Below the pieces are notes generated by a model. The model was given only the letters and a program-made list of their open reading frames with translations. It was not told the DNA's origin and did not search any database. Shown here in pieces: positions 1 to 6,707 of a stretch of 59,245 bases of DNA. Origin of the DNA: a virus (lineage: Duplodnaviria > Caudoviricetes). The stretch spans positions 1 to 59,245 of IMG/VR virus record IMGVR_UViG_3300021093_000083; one strand, given 5' to 3'. Positions within the stretch are counted from its first letter, which is position 1, and every line of letters begins with the position of its first letter. Both the position numbers and the translations under genes were made by a program.

Positions 1-111
1 GAGCTGATGCGTTTGGTAGGCGATCAGATCGAAGAAAACCTCTCTAGCTATAGCGACGAGGAACTGATTGATGAGGTTGGAGAATACTATCCTGAACTGT
101 TGGAAGATTGA
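1..111 (+). CDS. 3' end of small acidic early-region hypothetical protein (partial)
   Basis: Manual translation of frame 1: ELMRLVGDQIEENLSSYSDEELIDEVGEYYPELLED*, TGA at 109-111; next ATG at 115. Confidence 0.7.
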   Translation, partial: ELMRLVGDQIEENLSSYSDEELIDEVGEYYPELLED

Positions 112-114
112 ATC

Positions 115-255
115 ATGCACAAGTCCACTCTAGATCTATTCTCAAACCATGAAGATGAACGCAACGAGATAGATGATGCGTTCGATTCTGCACTTGAAGA
201 AAGAGCTGCAGAACTAGAAATCACTGTTGACTATTACATTGCCGAGTTTCTCTGA
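115..255 (+). CDS. 46-aa acidic hypothetical protein (cyanophage early-region type)
   Basis: Manual translation MHKSTLDLFSNHEDERNEIDDAFDSALEERAAELEITVDYYIAEFL*; packed 3 nt after the previous stop and 2 nt before the next start; below the ORF-track cutoff. Confidence 0.7.
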   Translation: MHKSTLDLFSNHEDERNEIDDAFDSALEERAAELEITVDYYIAEFL

Positions 256-257
256 TC

Positions 258-443
258 ATGAAAATCATCACCAATTCCACTCCCGCTGATACTTTCTACT
301 TTAACTTTGACCTGCGTGATCTTCAATCAAGACTGCAAGATGAAAATACAGCATTTGTAGAAATCTCTCTGTTTCGCTATTACATTGCTCTTTATCCTGA
401 TTGTATTCAATGGGGTAAAGTAGATGAAGATGGTTATCTTTAA
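258..443 (+). CDS. 61-aa hypothetical protein
   Basis: ORF track; ATG start, tightly packed with upstream ORFs. Confidence 0.65.
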   Translation: MKIITNSTPADTFYFNFDLRDLQSRLQDENTAFVEISLFRYYIALYPDCIQWGKVDEDGYL

Positions 444-510
444 TTAACCCACAGTCCTGAGCATGACTATAAACTAATCAACAACACACACTAACACTTT
501 TTTCTTCATT

Positions 511-690
511 ATGTCCAAACAAGTTCTCATCTCCATGCTTCGTCAAGGTAAGAATGGAAACGACATTCTTTCCATTCTTGATGCACTCGTCTCTGACAAT
601 GTTTCGTCCTTCGATTACGTCGAATCTCCCATGATGGAGGCTGCTCTTGGCATTGCTGTTGCTCTGCCTTTGCAAGAGATTGACTTCTAA
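511..690 (+). CDS. 59-aa hypothetical early protein
   Basis: Manual translation MSKQVLISMLRQGKNGNDILSILDALVSDNVSSFDYVESPMMEAALGIAVALPLQEIDF*; C-ending codon bias, A/C-rich leader, followed by a strong inverted repeat. Confidence 0.75.
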   Translation: MSKQVLISMLRQGKNGNDILSILDALVSDNVSSFDYVESPMMEAALGIAVALPLQEIDF

Positions 691-706
691 GTTCTAGCGA
701 TTCCGT

Positions 707-757
707 AAAGTTTTCCACAATTTGCTACTTTGCTGTGGAAATTGTGGAAAACTTTTT
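707..757 (+). terminator. 17-bp perfect inverted repeat, probable terminator; each arm contains a TTTTCCACA 9-mer
   Basis: AAAGTTTTCCACAATTT (707-723) / AAATTGTGGAAAACTTT (739-755), 15-nt loop, T-run 753-757, 16 nt after the stop of ORF 511-690. Confidence 0.6.
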
Positions 758-876
758 AATACTTAAAAAAACATGGTTGAGTGTTTTATAGAGAGAGATT
801 ATGCTCAGAAAAATGTCTTCGAGAGGGTGAAAGTGTTTGAGAGAAAATGTCTCTGGGCGATGCAAGTTAAGCCCGC

Positions 877-905
877 ACCCTATCACACTTTCTCTCAGAT
901 GGCAA
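877..905 (-). promoter_or_regulatory. Putative leftward sigma70-type promoter with extended -10
   Basis: Minus strand reads TTGCCA (905-900), 17 nt, TAGGGT (882-877) preceded by TGn; the -10 is non-canonical. Confidence 0.4.
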
Positions 906-949
906 CCCCCAAAATCCTCCAAAGTCACTAAATACTGACAGGAGGGGGC

Positions 950-978
950 TTGACTTAAGCTCTCATCTTCAGTATAAT
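950..978 (+). promoter_or_regulatory. Early sigma70-type promoter
   Basis: TTGACT (950-955), 17 nt, TATAAT (973-978), 41 nt upstream of ATG 1020. Confidence 0.85.
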
Positions 979-1019
979 GACACTGTTCCAAGTTCAACCA
1001 ACAAAGTAGCTCTAAGTTA

Positions 1020-1181
1020 ATGTCCAAGCCTAAAGATAACCGAGACCTCTATAAGCTAGCCTATGAGGACAACTATTACGAGAGGACTGACACCTACTCT
1101 AGAAACAAGTCTAAGCCCAAGAAGAAGAAAACAGTAAAGAAAACATATAAAGATTTTGACAGATTGGACCGAGATTGGTAA
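1020..1181 (+). CDS. 53-aa Lys-rich hypothetical protein
   Basis: Manual translation MSKPKDNRDLYKLAYEDNYYERTDTYSRNKSKPKKKKTVKKTYKDFDRLDRDW*, directly downstream of a near-consensus promoter. Confidence 0.7.
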   Translation: MSKPKDNRDLYKLAYEDNYYERTDTYSRNKSKPKKKKTVKKTYKDFDRLDRDW

Positions 1182-1186
1182 CACAT

Positions 1187-1204
1187 TGCCAGACCCCTCT
1201 GGCA
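1187..1204 (+). other. Short hairpin after ORF 1020-1181
   Basis: TGCCAGA-CCCC-TCTGGCA, 7-bp stem; no U-tract. Confidence 0.4.
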
Positions 1205-1235
1205 TCCCCTCTAACACACTTGCAAACAATGGCTT

Positions 1236-1394
1236 ATGGAATGGGATGTAGATTTAGATTTTGAGTATGATCCTGGGGAATACGAATGCCCTCGACGATT
1301 ATACTCAGAACAGGTAGAAAAATTCCTATTTGCTACCGCTTGCCAAACACCTGCCCCCGTGGTATCATTACAAAGTAATCAGGAACAATCATGA
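1236..1394 (+). CDS. Possible 52-aa hypothetical protein
   Basis: MEWDVDLDFEYDPGEYECPRRLYSEQVEKFLFATACQTPAPVVSLQSNQEQS*; ATGA overlap with the next ORF, but the 3' half runs through a promoter. Confidence 0.35.
   Translation: MEWDVDLDFEYDPGEYECPRRLYSEQVEKFLFATACQTPAPVVSLQSNQEQS
1340..1368 (+). promoter_or_regulatory. Early sigma70-type promoter with extended -10
   Basis: TTGCCA (1340-1345), 17 nt, TATCAT (1363-1368) with TG at 1360-1361; 22 nt before ATG 1391. Confidence 0.7.
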
Positions 1395-1609
1395 TCAACG
1401 CATCCACAGCTAGCAAACTCGATCTGCTGGTTGCTGACATTCAAGGAGAGATTAAGTACACTGTGCTGAAGCCTTCTCGGCGTGGTGTGAAAGCTCTCAC
1501 TGGTCAGCGTTTGTGGGCAAATGCTGCTCCGAAAGGTGCATTTCTCCATGGAGCAATAGCCGATGCCTCGGCAGTGACTAACAACAACACCTGTAGCAAG
1601 GCCGCATAA
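1391..1609 (+). CDS. 72-aa basic hypothetical early protein
   Basis: ORF track; own promoter and AGGA at 1381-1384; early-type codon usage (CTG, CGT, AAG). Confidence 0.75.
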   Translation: MINASTASKLDLLVADIQGEIKYTVLKPSRRGVKALTGQRLWANAAPKGAFLHGAIADASAVTNNNTCSKAA

Positions 1610-1832
1610 ATGTAGCAAACAGCACTGAGATCGCAGTCGTGGCGGGGGGTTTCGGGGTCGGTGGGGGCGCCCTATATAAAAAAAGGGTCCTTTGCTAATC
1701 TATAACGGTCCCTATCGACCTATCGATATACTCTGAAATGAAAAAATTTTTCGCCATAAAATTTTTTCAAAGGGTGATTCTCTTTTACCACGAAGTCACC
1801 TATATAATCATCGTACTATTTGAAATCGCAAA
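1610..1832. other. Non-coding region with G-tract, tandem CCTATCGA and A/T palindrome; candidate replication origin
   Basis: G-runs 1641-1667; CCTATCGA x2 at 1711-1726; 12-bp inverted repeat TGAAAAAATTTT (1739-1750) / AAAATTTTTTCA (1758-1769); lies at the early/late compositional boundary. Confidence 0.45.
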
Positions 1833-2159
1833 ATGGAGTTTTCCACAGCCAAAAAAATTTTAGTGGGTATTACAACGGTAGGACTGATGAGTTTTCCACA
1901 GCCTTCCCACGCACACTATTATGAAGAAACATGCACAAAGTCTAGAACAGTGCCCGTATGGAAGGAACCTGTGTTGACATCTCATGGATGGGTGCCTGGT
2001 CGATATGAAATGGAAACATTTGTAGAAGAAGTACCATGTCGTCGCAGAACTCGTATATATACACCAGTACCAGTATATCCAATATATCCACAACCAGCAT
2101 GTACTAGTTTTGGATGGAGAAACAATGGTAGTAAATATTGGTTTAATTTAGGATGCTAG
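1833..2159 (+). CDS. 108-aa hypothetical protein with signal-peptide-like N-terminus
   Basis: KK + hydrophobic ILVGITTVGLM + PSHA cleavage-like site; mature part has Cys residues and a PVPVYPIYPQP stretch. Confidence 0.7.
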   Translation: MEFSTAKKILVGITTVGLMSFPQPSHAHYYEETCTKSRTVPVWKEPVLTSHGWVPGRYEMETFVEEVPCRRRTRIYTPVPVYPIYPQPACTSFGWRNNGSKYWFNLGC

Positions 2160-2161
2160 AT

Positions 2162-2326
2162 ATGTCAAATACTTATACAACACATGTACAATATGATGAA
2201 GTTTCAGATGATTACTTTATTCCCTTACCAGAAGATCTTCTAGAACTTCTCAACTGGGAAATTGGTGATAATTTAGAGTGGGAAGAAGATGAAGAAAATG
2301 GTGGTTTTATTGTTCGTAAAGCATGA
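2162..2326 (+). CDS. 54-aa AbrB/MazE/SpoVT-like DNA-binding-fold protein
   Basis: Manual translation MSNTYTTHVQYDEVSDDYFIPLPEDLLELLNWEIGDNLEWEEDEENGGFIVRKA*; fits the IxLPxxLLxxLxWxxGDxL pattern; ATGA overlap with the next gene. Confidence 0.75.
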   Translation: MSNTYTTHVQYDEVSDDYFIPLPEDLLELLNWEIGDNLEWEEDEENGGFIVRKA

Positions 2327-3012
2327 AAATTTATTCACGATCTGAAATTGAAAAAATTTCAGATATAAACTATGCTCATGAACTAACCGTACAGGAAGTT
2401 CTAGGTCATAGATTTATTACTATAGACAATTTTTTAAAAAATCCGAAAGAATTCACGGAGTTTCTCGATACATTTCCCGCATATAGTAACGACGATTACC
2501 GTATAGATGGTTGTCCTGGTTGGAAACAGGAAATACCTAGAGTGTTCATGAGATCAATTACGGAATATCTTTCGTCAACATTTGATATCGGCGCGAATAC
2601 TCTCGATATTTCCTGGTCCACTAACATTTACTCAGGCAGAATGTCAAGCAGAGAGAATAATTATCTCCCACATGTGGATCATTGTCCATTAGTGTTTAAT
2701 CTTTGGTTAAATGAAGAGTGTTCAGGCGGTACTGATTTCTGGGCAATGGGCGGCGCGTTAACCCGTGATGAAAGTGATTCAGAGTTAAGACAATATTATC
2801 AGTATCTTCGTACTCTACCTGTAATAGAAGACTGGAAAGTCTTTGATGGAGATGAGAACTTTCAGAAGGTCTTTACAGCCGAAATGAAATATAATAGACT
2901 TGTAATCTATGATGGTAATATGTGGCACTCACCTCATATTAATCCAAATTCTTATATAGATAGTTTTAGATATTCATTAATTGGTTTTACGGAAGATAAT
3001 TATGAGCAGTGA
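2323..3012 (+). CDS. 2OG-Fe(II) oxygenase superfamily protein (DUF6445-like)
   Basis: IDNFLKNP N-terminus, PHVD (HxD), GGTDF, YNRLVIYDGNMWHSP (distal His), then R (FRYS). Confidence 0.75.
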   Translation: MKIYSRSEIEKISDINYAHELTVQEVLGHRFITIDNFLKNPKEFTEFLDTFPAYSNDDYRIDGCPGWKQEIPRVFMRSITEYLSSTFDIGANTLDISWSTNIYSGRMSSRENNYLPHVDHCPLVFNLWLNEECSGGTDFWAMGGALTRDESDSELRQYYQYLRTLPVIEDWKVFDGDENFQKVFTAEMKYNRLVIYDGNMWHSPHINPNSYIDSFRYSLIGFTEDNYEQ

Positions 3013-3316
3013 AAATTTAAAGGAAGTTAAATCTCTTTCCTCCTTATTCAATATAACTCCTGAGATGGCTGAGGTACATCGTCAACTGGTTGAAGTTACA
3101 CGACGTATTGAACGTATTGAAGAACGACTTCCAAGTTCTTGGATTCCACAGTATCGAGTTAGAAATGATTCTGAATATACTCCTCTTGGTGGTGTATTAG
3201 ATCAAATTTTTGAACAGATTGATGATATCTATGACAAGATGGAAGAATCATATAAACCTGAAGTGACGGATTATCAGAAACAACTAGATAAGTTAAACCA
3301 GGATAATGCCAATTAG
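3002..3316 (+). CDS. Hypothetical protein, partly coiled-coil
   Basis: ORF track 2981-3316; first ATG (MSSENLK) at 3002 overlaps the upstream gene end; overlaps the next start. Confidence 0.7.
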   Translation: MSSENLKEVKSLSSLFNITPEMAEVHRQLVEVTRRIERIEERLPSSWIPQYRVRNDSEYTPLGGVLDQIFEQIDDIYDKMEESYKPEVTDYQKQLDKLNQDNAN

Positions 3317-5348
3317 AGTTCAAGCAGAAACTGGATGTTACAATCCAGGAGTATCAATACTTAATTCAAATACAAATGAAACTAATACCTTCGCCAAAAG
3401 TATCATACGTTATCCAGCAGAGGTTAGTGGTAATAACTGGTGGAAACAATCTTACACTCAATCGCAATTAGAAGTATTATTTACTCCTCGTGATCTTGAT
3501 ACCTGTGTTACTCAGGGTCAGGATTATTTTTTTTGTATCATTGATACTACATCAGCTCAGGTTCAAAGTCAGCTGGCGTCGTCTGGTACTGGTGGTGGTG
3601 GAGTAGGTCAAGTGACTAGAGTTGCAGTACCTACGTGTGGAATACCTCAAGATATACCTGAAAATCTAATTGCAACTCAATGTAGATCTAAACCAACAGC
3701 AGTGCCAGTATCTTCGTACTCTACACCTTCTCCCACACCGCCTGGCGGATCTGGCGGCAGTGGTGGATCTGGTACGGGTGGTACAACAGTTACTGGAGGT
3801 ACTGGACCTGAAGCAGTTTATGGTAATATATCATTTGGATCTTATGTAAGATCATCTGTCATTACATGTTCTACACAATCAATTAATTCTGAAACAGGAA
3901 CTGTTGGTGGAGAAGAAAATCCAGAATTCTATGTTGCTGATACAAATTGCAAATATATTTTAATTCAATACAACAGTGGATCTAGAAAATTAACAAGCGG
4001 AGAATCGCTGACATTTACAGTCAATGAAGTTGTAAGGGTTACTACTACTGGAACTTGGGTTGGGAAGGCTTGGACTCCAACATTTAATAGAACATATGCA
4101 AATGTAACGTATACATTTACAGCAGAAGTTGTTAGAGATATGCCAGATATTAATATGGCACATGTAAAAGTTGGAACAACTAATGCTAAATTTCAATCAG
4201 AGATGACAATCACTGGAAATAATAATTTGTCATTCAAAGTCAAAGCAGGAAGAAATATTCAAACAAGAGCAGCAATTTATGGTCGATGGGAATTTGATCA
4301 AAAGCAAGTTTATTGGATAAAACAAACTACAAAACCAATCACTAAAGAAAGTGACATTCAGATTAAAAAAACAAACTATGAAGTTCCAGGTGGATCTGGT
4401 ATCAATGACTCAACTGTTACAGATATAGATAACGCAACAAAAAGAATTTCTACATCAGCCTCTGGTTCTACAACCTCACAAGCTTCTCTTGATTCTATAT
4501 CACAGATCTCAAAGGCTCCAAATGTTCCATCATCTACTATTGAAAATATTAACACAGCGGTAAAGGGATCAGATCTAACTAAAAAATCAAATAATTCGTA
4601 TGATATTGATTCCAGTAGAGATGTCACTAAAGCCATTAAAGATAGTCAAAGTGTTAGTACCTCTACAACTTCATATGAACATTATGTTAAAGGAGTTGAA
4701 ACTTCTTCAACAAAAAAATTAGTACATACAAATCCTGTTAGTGGTGGTCAAAATTCTATTGACTCTAAAAAGTCTTTATCTCTTATAGGAGTCGAAGTAG
4801 ATGTCACACAAACAAATCAGTCTATTGCAAAAGAATCTAATTTCCAACAGAAAACTGGTATAGAAAGTTCAACGTTTGAAAGTATATCAAAAGCTAACAC
4901 AGAAACAGCAAAGAGAACTGCTGACATATTGACAAACGTACATTCATCAGCTAATACTGCAATTACTGATATTAATTCTCAAAATGAAAGTAATCCTTAT
5001 AATGGTGGTCCAGGACCTTCTAATAACAAAGTAAAAGAGTATGGTCCAGTAAGAAGTTTTGATCTTCTTCCAAAGTCAACTGCTACTGAAAAAATACAAC
5101 CCTATCGATATGATGCTGATGCAAGAATGAATAAAACTTTTAGTTTTTCTTTGCAAATTAATTTGTTTGCCACTCCTTGCGGACCATGTTATACTGTTAC
5201 CACAGCTGGAGTTAGTTCAACTTGTTCTGTTAGAGTTGCTACAATATCATCTATAACTCTTCCATTTCAAAAAGTCTTTATAAATAATTTAACACCAGAG
5301 GCCAATAGATGGTCTAGGATAACTAGAAATTATCAAGACAATTTTTAA
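3306..5348 (+). CDS. 680-aa Ser/Thr/Gly-rich hypothetical protein, probably virion-associated
   Basis: Long ORF immediately upstream of PAAR; Cys-containing N- and C-terminal parts flank Gly and Ser/Thr low-complexity tracts. Confidence 0.8.
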   Translation: MPIRVQAETGCYNPGVSILNSNTNETNTFAKSIIRYPAEVSGNNWWKQSYTQSQLEVLFTPRDLDTCVTQGQDYFFCIIDTTSAQVQSQLASSGTGGGGVGQVTRVAVPTCGIPQDIPENLIATQCRSKPTAVPVSSYSTPSPTPPGGSGGSGGSGTGGTTVTGGTGPEAVYGNISFGSYVRSSVITCSTQSINSETGTVGGEENPEFYVADTNCKYILIQYNSGSRKLTSGESLTFTVNEVVRVTTTGTWVGKAWTPTFNRTYANVTYTFTAEVVRDMPDINMAHVKVGTTNAKFQSEMTITGNNNLSFKVKAGRNIQTRAAIYGRWEFDQKQVYWIKQTTKPITKESDIQIKKTNYEVPGGSGINDSTVTDIDNATKRISTSASGSTTSQASLDSISQISKAPNVPSSTIENINTAVKGSDLTKKSNNSYDIDSSRDVTKAIKDSQSVSTSTTSYEHYVKGVETSSTKKLVHTNPVSGGQNSIDSKKSLSLIGVEVDVTQTNQSIAKESNFQQKTGIESSTFESISKANTETAKRTADILTNVHSSANTAITDINSQNESNPYNGGPGPSNNKVKEYGPVRSFDLLPKSTATEKIQPYRYDADARMNKTFSFSLQINLFATPCGPCYTVTTAGVSSTCSVRVATISSITLPFQKVFINNLTPEANRWSRITRNYQDNF

Positions 5349-5357
5349 TTAAAAATT

Positions 5358-5840
5358 ATGGGAGCTTGTCGTCCAGCAGGGTTAGTAGTAGGAATGTGTA
5401 CAGGGCATGGAGTTTGTATTCCTGCTGCTGTTCACGCAACAGGTCCACCTTGTAAGCCTCCGCTGCCATTAGCAGCTAAAAATGCAACTTGTTTTTGGCC
5501 TCCATTGGTTACAGCACCTTTGGTGCCTTATCCAAGTCTAGTTTTAGTCAATGGAATCATTCCATTGAGAATGGGTGATGTTCTAGTACCACACCCAAGT
5601 CCATGTACGAATATCGTTCTGGTTCCATCTCCACCAGGAGCCCCAGTTCCAACTCCATGTGGTTGCAGTATTTTAACTGCAGAAGATATGGGAGGAGTTG
5701 GTCATACCAGAATAGTAAAAGCCTTGACAAAAACAGTGTTTGTTGAAGGTAGAAACATGGCAGCAGTCGGTGATCCTTTGGGCCCGCCATGTTTTAGTTT
5801 CATCGGAACAGGATCAGTAAACGTTTATGTAGGATTGTAA
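5358..5840 (+). CDS. gp5.4: PAAR-family baseplate spike-tip protein (T4 gp5.4-like), extended
   Basis: CTGHG; VLVNGIIPLRMGDVLVPH; GH...TVFVEGRNMAAVGDPL; IGTGSVNVYVG C-terminus. Confidence 0.85.
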   Translation: MGACRPAGLVVGMCTGHGVCIPAAVHATGPPCKPPLPLAAKNATCFWPPLVTAPLVPYPSLVLVNGIIPLRMGDVLVPHPSPCTNIVLVPSPPGAPVPTPCGCSILTAEDMGGVGHTRIVKALTKTVFVEGRNMAAVGDPLGPPCFSFIGTGSVNVYVGL

Positions 5841-5842
5841 TT

Positions 5843-5986
5843 ATGGCAAAATCAAAAATTGGTTTGGTAAAGACTAGCTATACCCCTGGTAAACCGAAAA
5901 AAACTCGGCAAGGGCGTAGTCAAAATACACATCTTGGAGCATCTGCACGAAATGGTCGTAAAAAAAGGTATCGTGGACAAGGATGA
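5843..5986 (+). CDS. 47-aa highly basic protein ending KKRYRGQG
   Basis: Manual translation MAKSKIGLVKTSYTPGKPKKTRQGRSQNTHLGASARNGRKKRYRGQG*; fills the gap between PAAR and ORF 5983 with an ATGA overlap. Confidence 0.8.
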   Translation: MAKSKIGLVKTSYTPGKPKKTRQGRSQNTHLGASARNGRKKRYRGQG

Positions 5987-6435
5987 ACGAAATTGAAACT
6001 CATATTCATGAATGGATTAGAAAAATTTCTAAAGTTAGACCAGAATTAGGAAATTTTTCTGTCTGTCCCTTTGCTTCTGAAGCAAAATATAAGATTATTG
6101 AGTGCCAAGCTGAAGACATTGTGCTCATTTCAGGGTATGATGTCGTTTTTTATGTCATTGAAGACTACTTTGACCTACAAAGTGTTCAATTCTGGACCAA
6201 TTTTTATAACAAAATGTATCCAGAATTCATATTTTTGGAAGATCATGCTACTTCTAATAGTTTTATAAATGGAATACAGACAAACAATGGTAAATATAAC
6301 TTAATTTTGATGCAAGATAGACAAAAATTAAGAAAACATCGTCAAATTTTAAGAAATGCTGGGTATTACGCTCATTGGAATGATGAAATGATGAGAGAAA
6401 TCCTTGGAGAAGACATCAATTTGTTTGATAAATAG
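5983..6435 (+). CDS. 150-aa hypothetical protein (CPFA motif)
   Basis: ORF track; W..LGNFSVCPFA N-terminal motif; coupled to the upstream ORF. Confidence 0.8.
   Translation: MNEIETHIHEWIRKISKVRPELGNFSVCPFASEAKYKIIECQAEDIVLISGYDVVFYVIEDYFDLQSVQFWTNFYNKMYPEFIFLEDHATSNSFINGIQTNNGKYNLILMQDRQKLRKHRQILRNAGYYAHWNDEMMREILGEDINLFDK
6428..6434 (+). promoter_or_regulatory. T4-type late promoter (gp55-type ATAAATA)
   Basis: GATAAATA overlapping the stop of ORF 5983-6435, upstream of the gp25-gp6-gp7 run. Confidence 0.65.
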
Positions 6436-6495
6436 CGTTAGGGAGATAGCAACCTCTTTAAAAGTTCTGTGAAAACAGTCTTTTAGGAGAATTTT

Positions 6496-6687
6496 ATGGC
6501 AATCCACCAAAATCCAGATAGAGATATCAATTTCATGATGCAAGAACATGGTACAAAGTGTTTAATCACAGATTATGGTAGTGAAAATTATTTCAAAAAA
6601 GAAAAATACACAATTCCAAAAGATAGATATTCTAAATGGTGTGGTGGAACAGATGGATTTGATGATTATGTTGAGAGGTGGCACTAA
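6496..6687 (+). CDS. 63-aa hypothetical protein preceding gp25
   Basis: ORF track; AGGAG SD at 6485-6489. Confidence 0.8.
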   Translation: MAIHQNPDRDINFMMQEHGTKCLITDYGSENYFKKEKYTIPKDRYSKWCGGTDGFDDYVERWH

Positions 6688-6707
6688 TAAACTAACACAA
6701 CAGGTAA

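Noticed and set aside
478-1027. Minus-strand ORFs 478-675, 527-718 and 725-1027
   Set aside because: They overlap the better-supported + strand ORF 511-690 or regulatory DNA; no SD or recognisable motifs.
6439-6470. Calling the leader a preQ1-I riboswitch
   Set aside because: Only the overall architecture is similar; ligand-binding residues cannot be confirmed and the downstream genes are not queuosine-related. Kept as an unnamed candidate.
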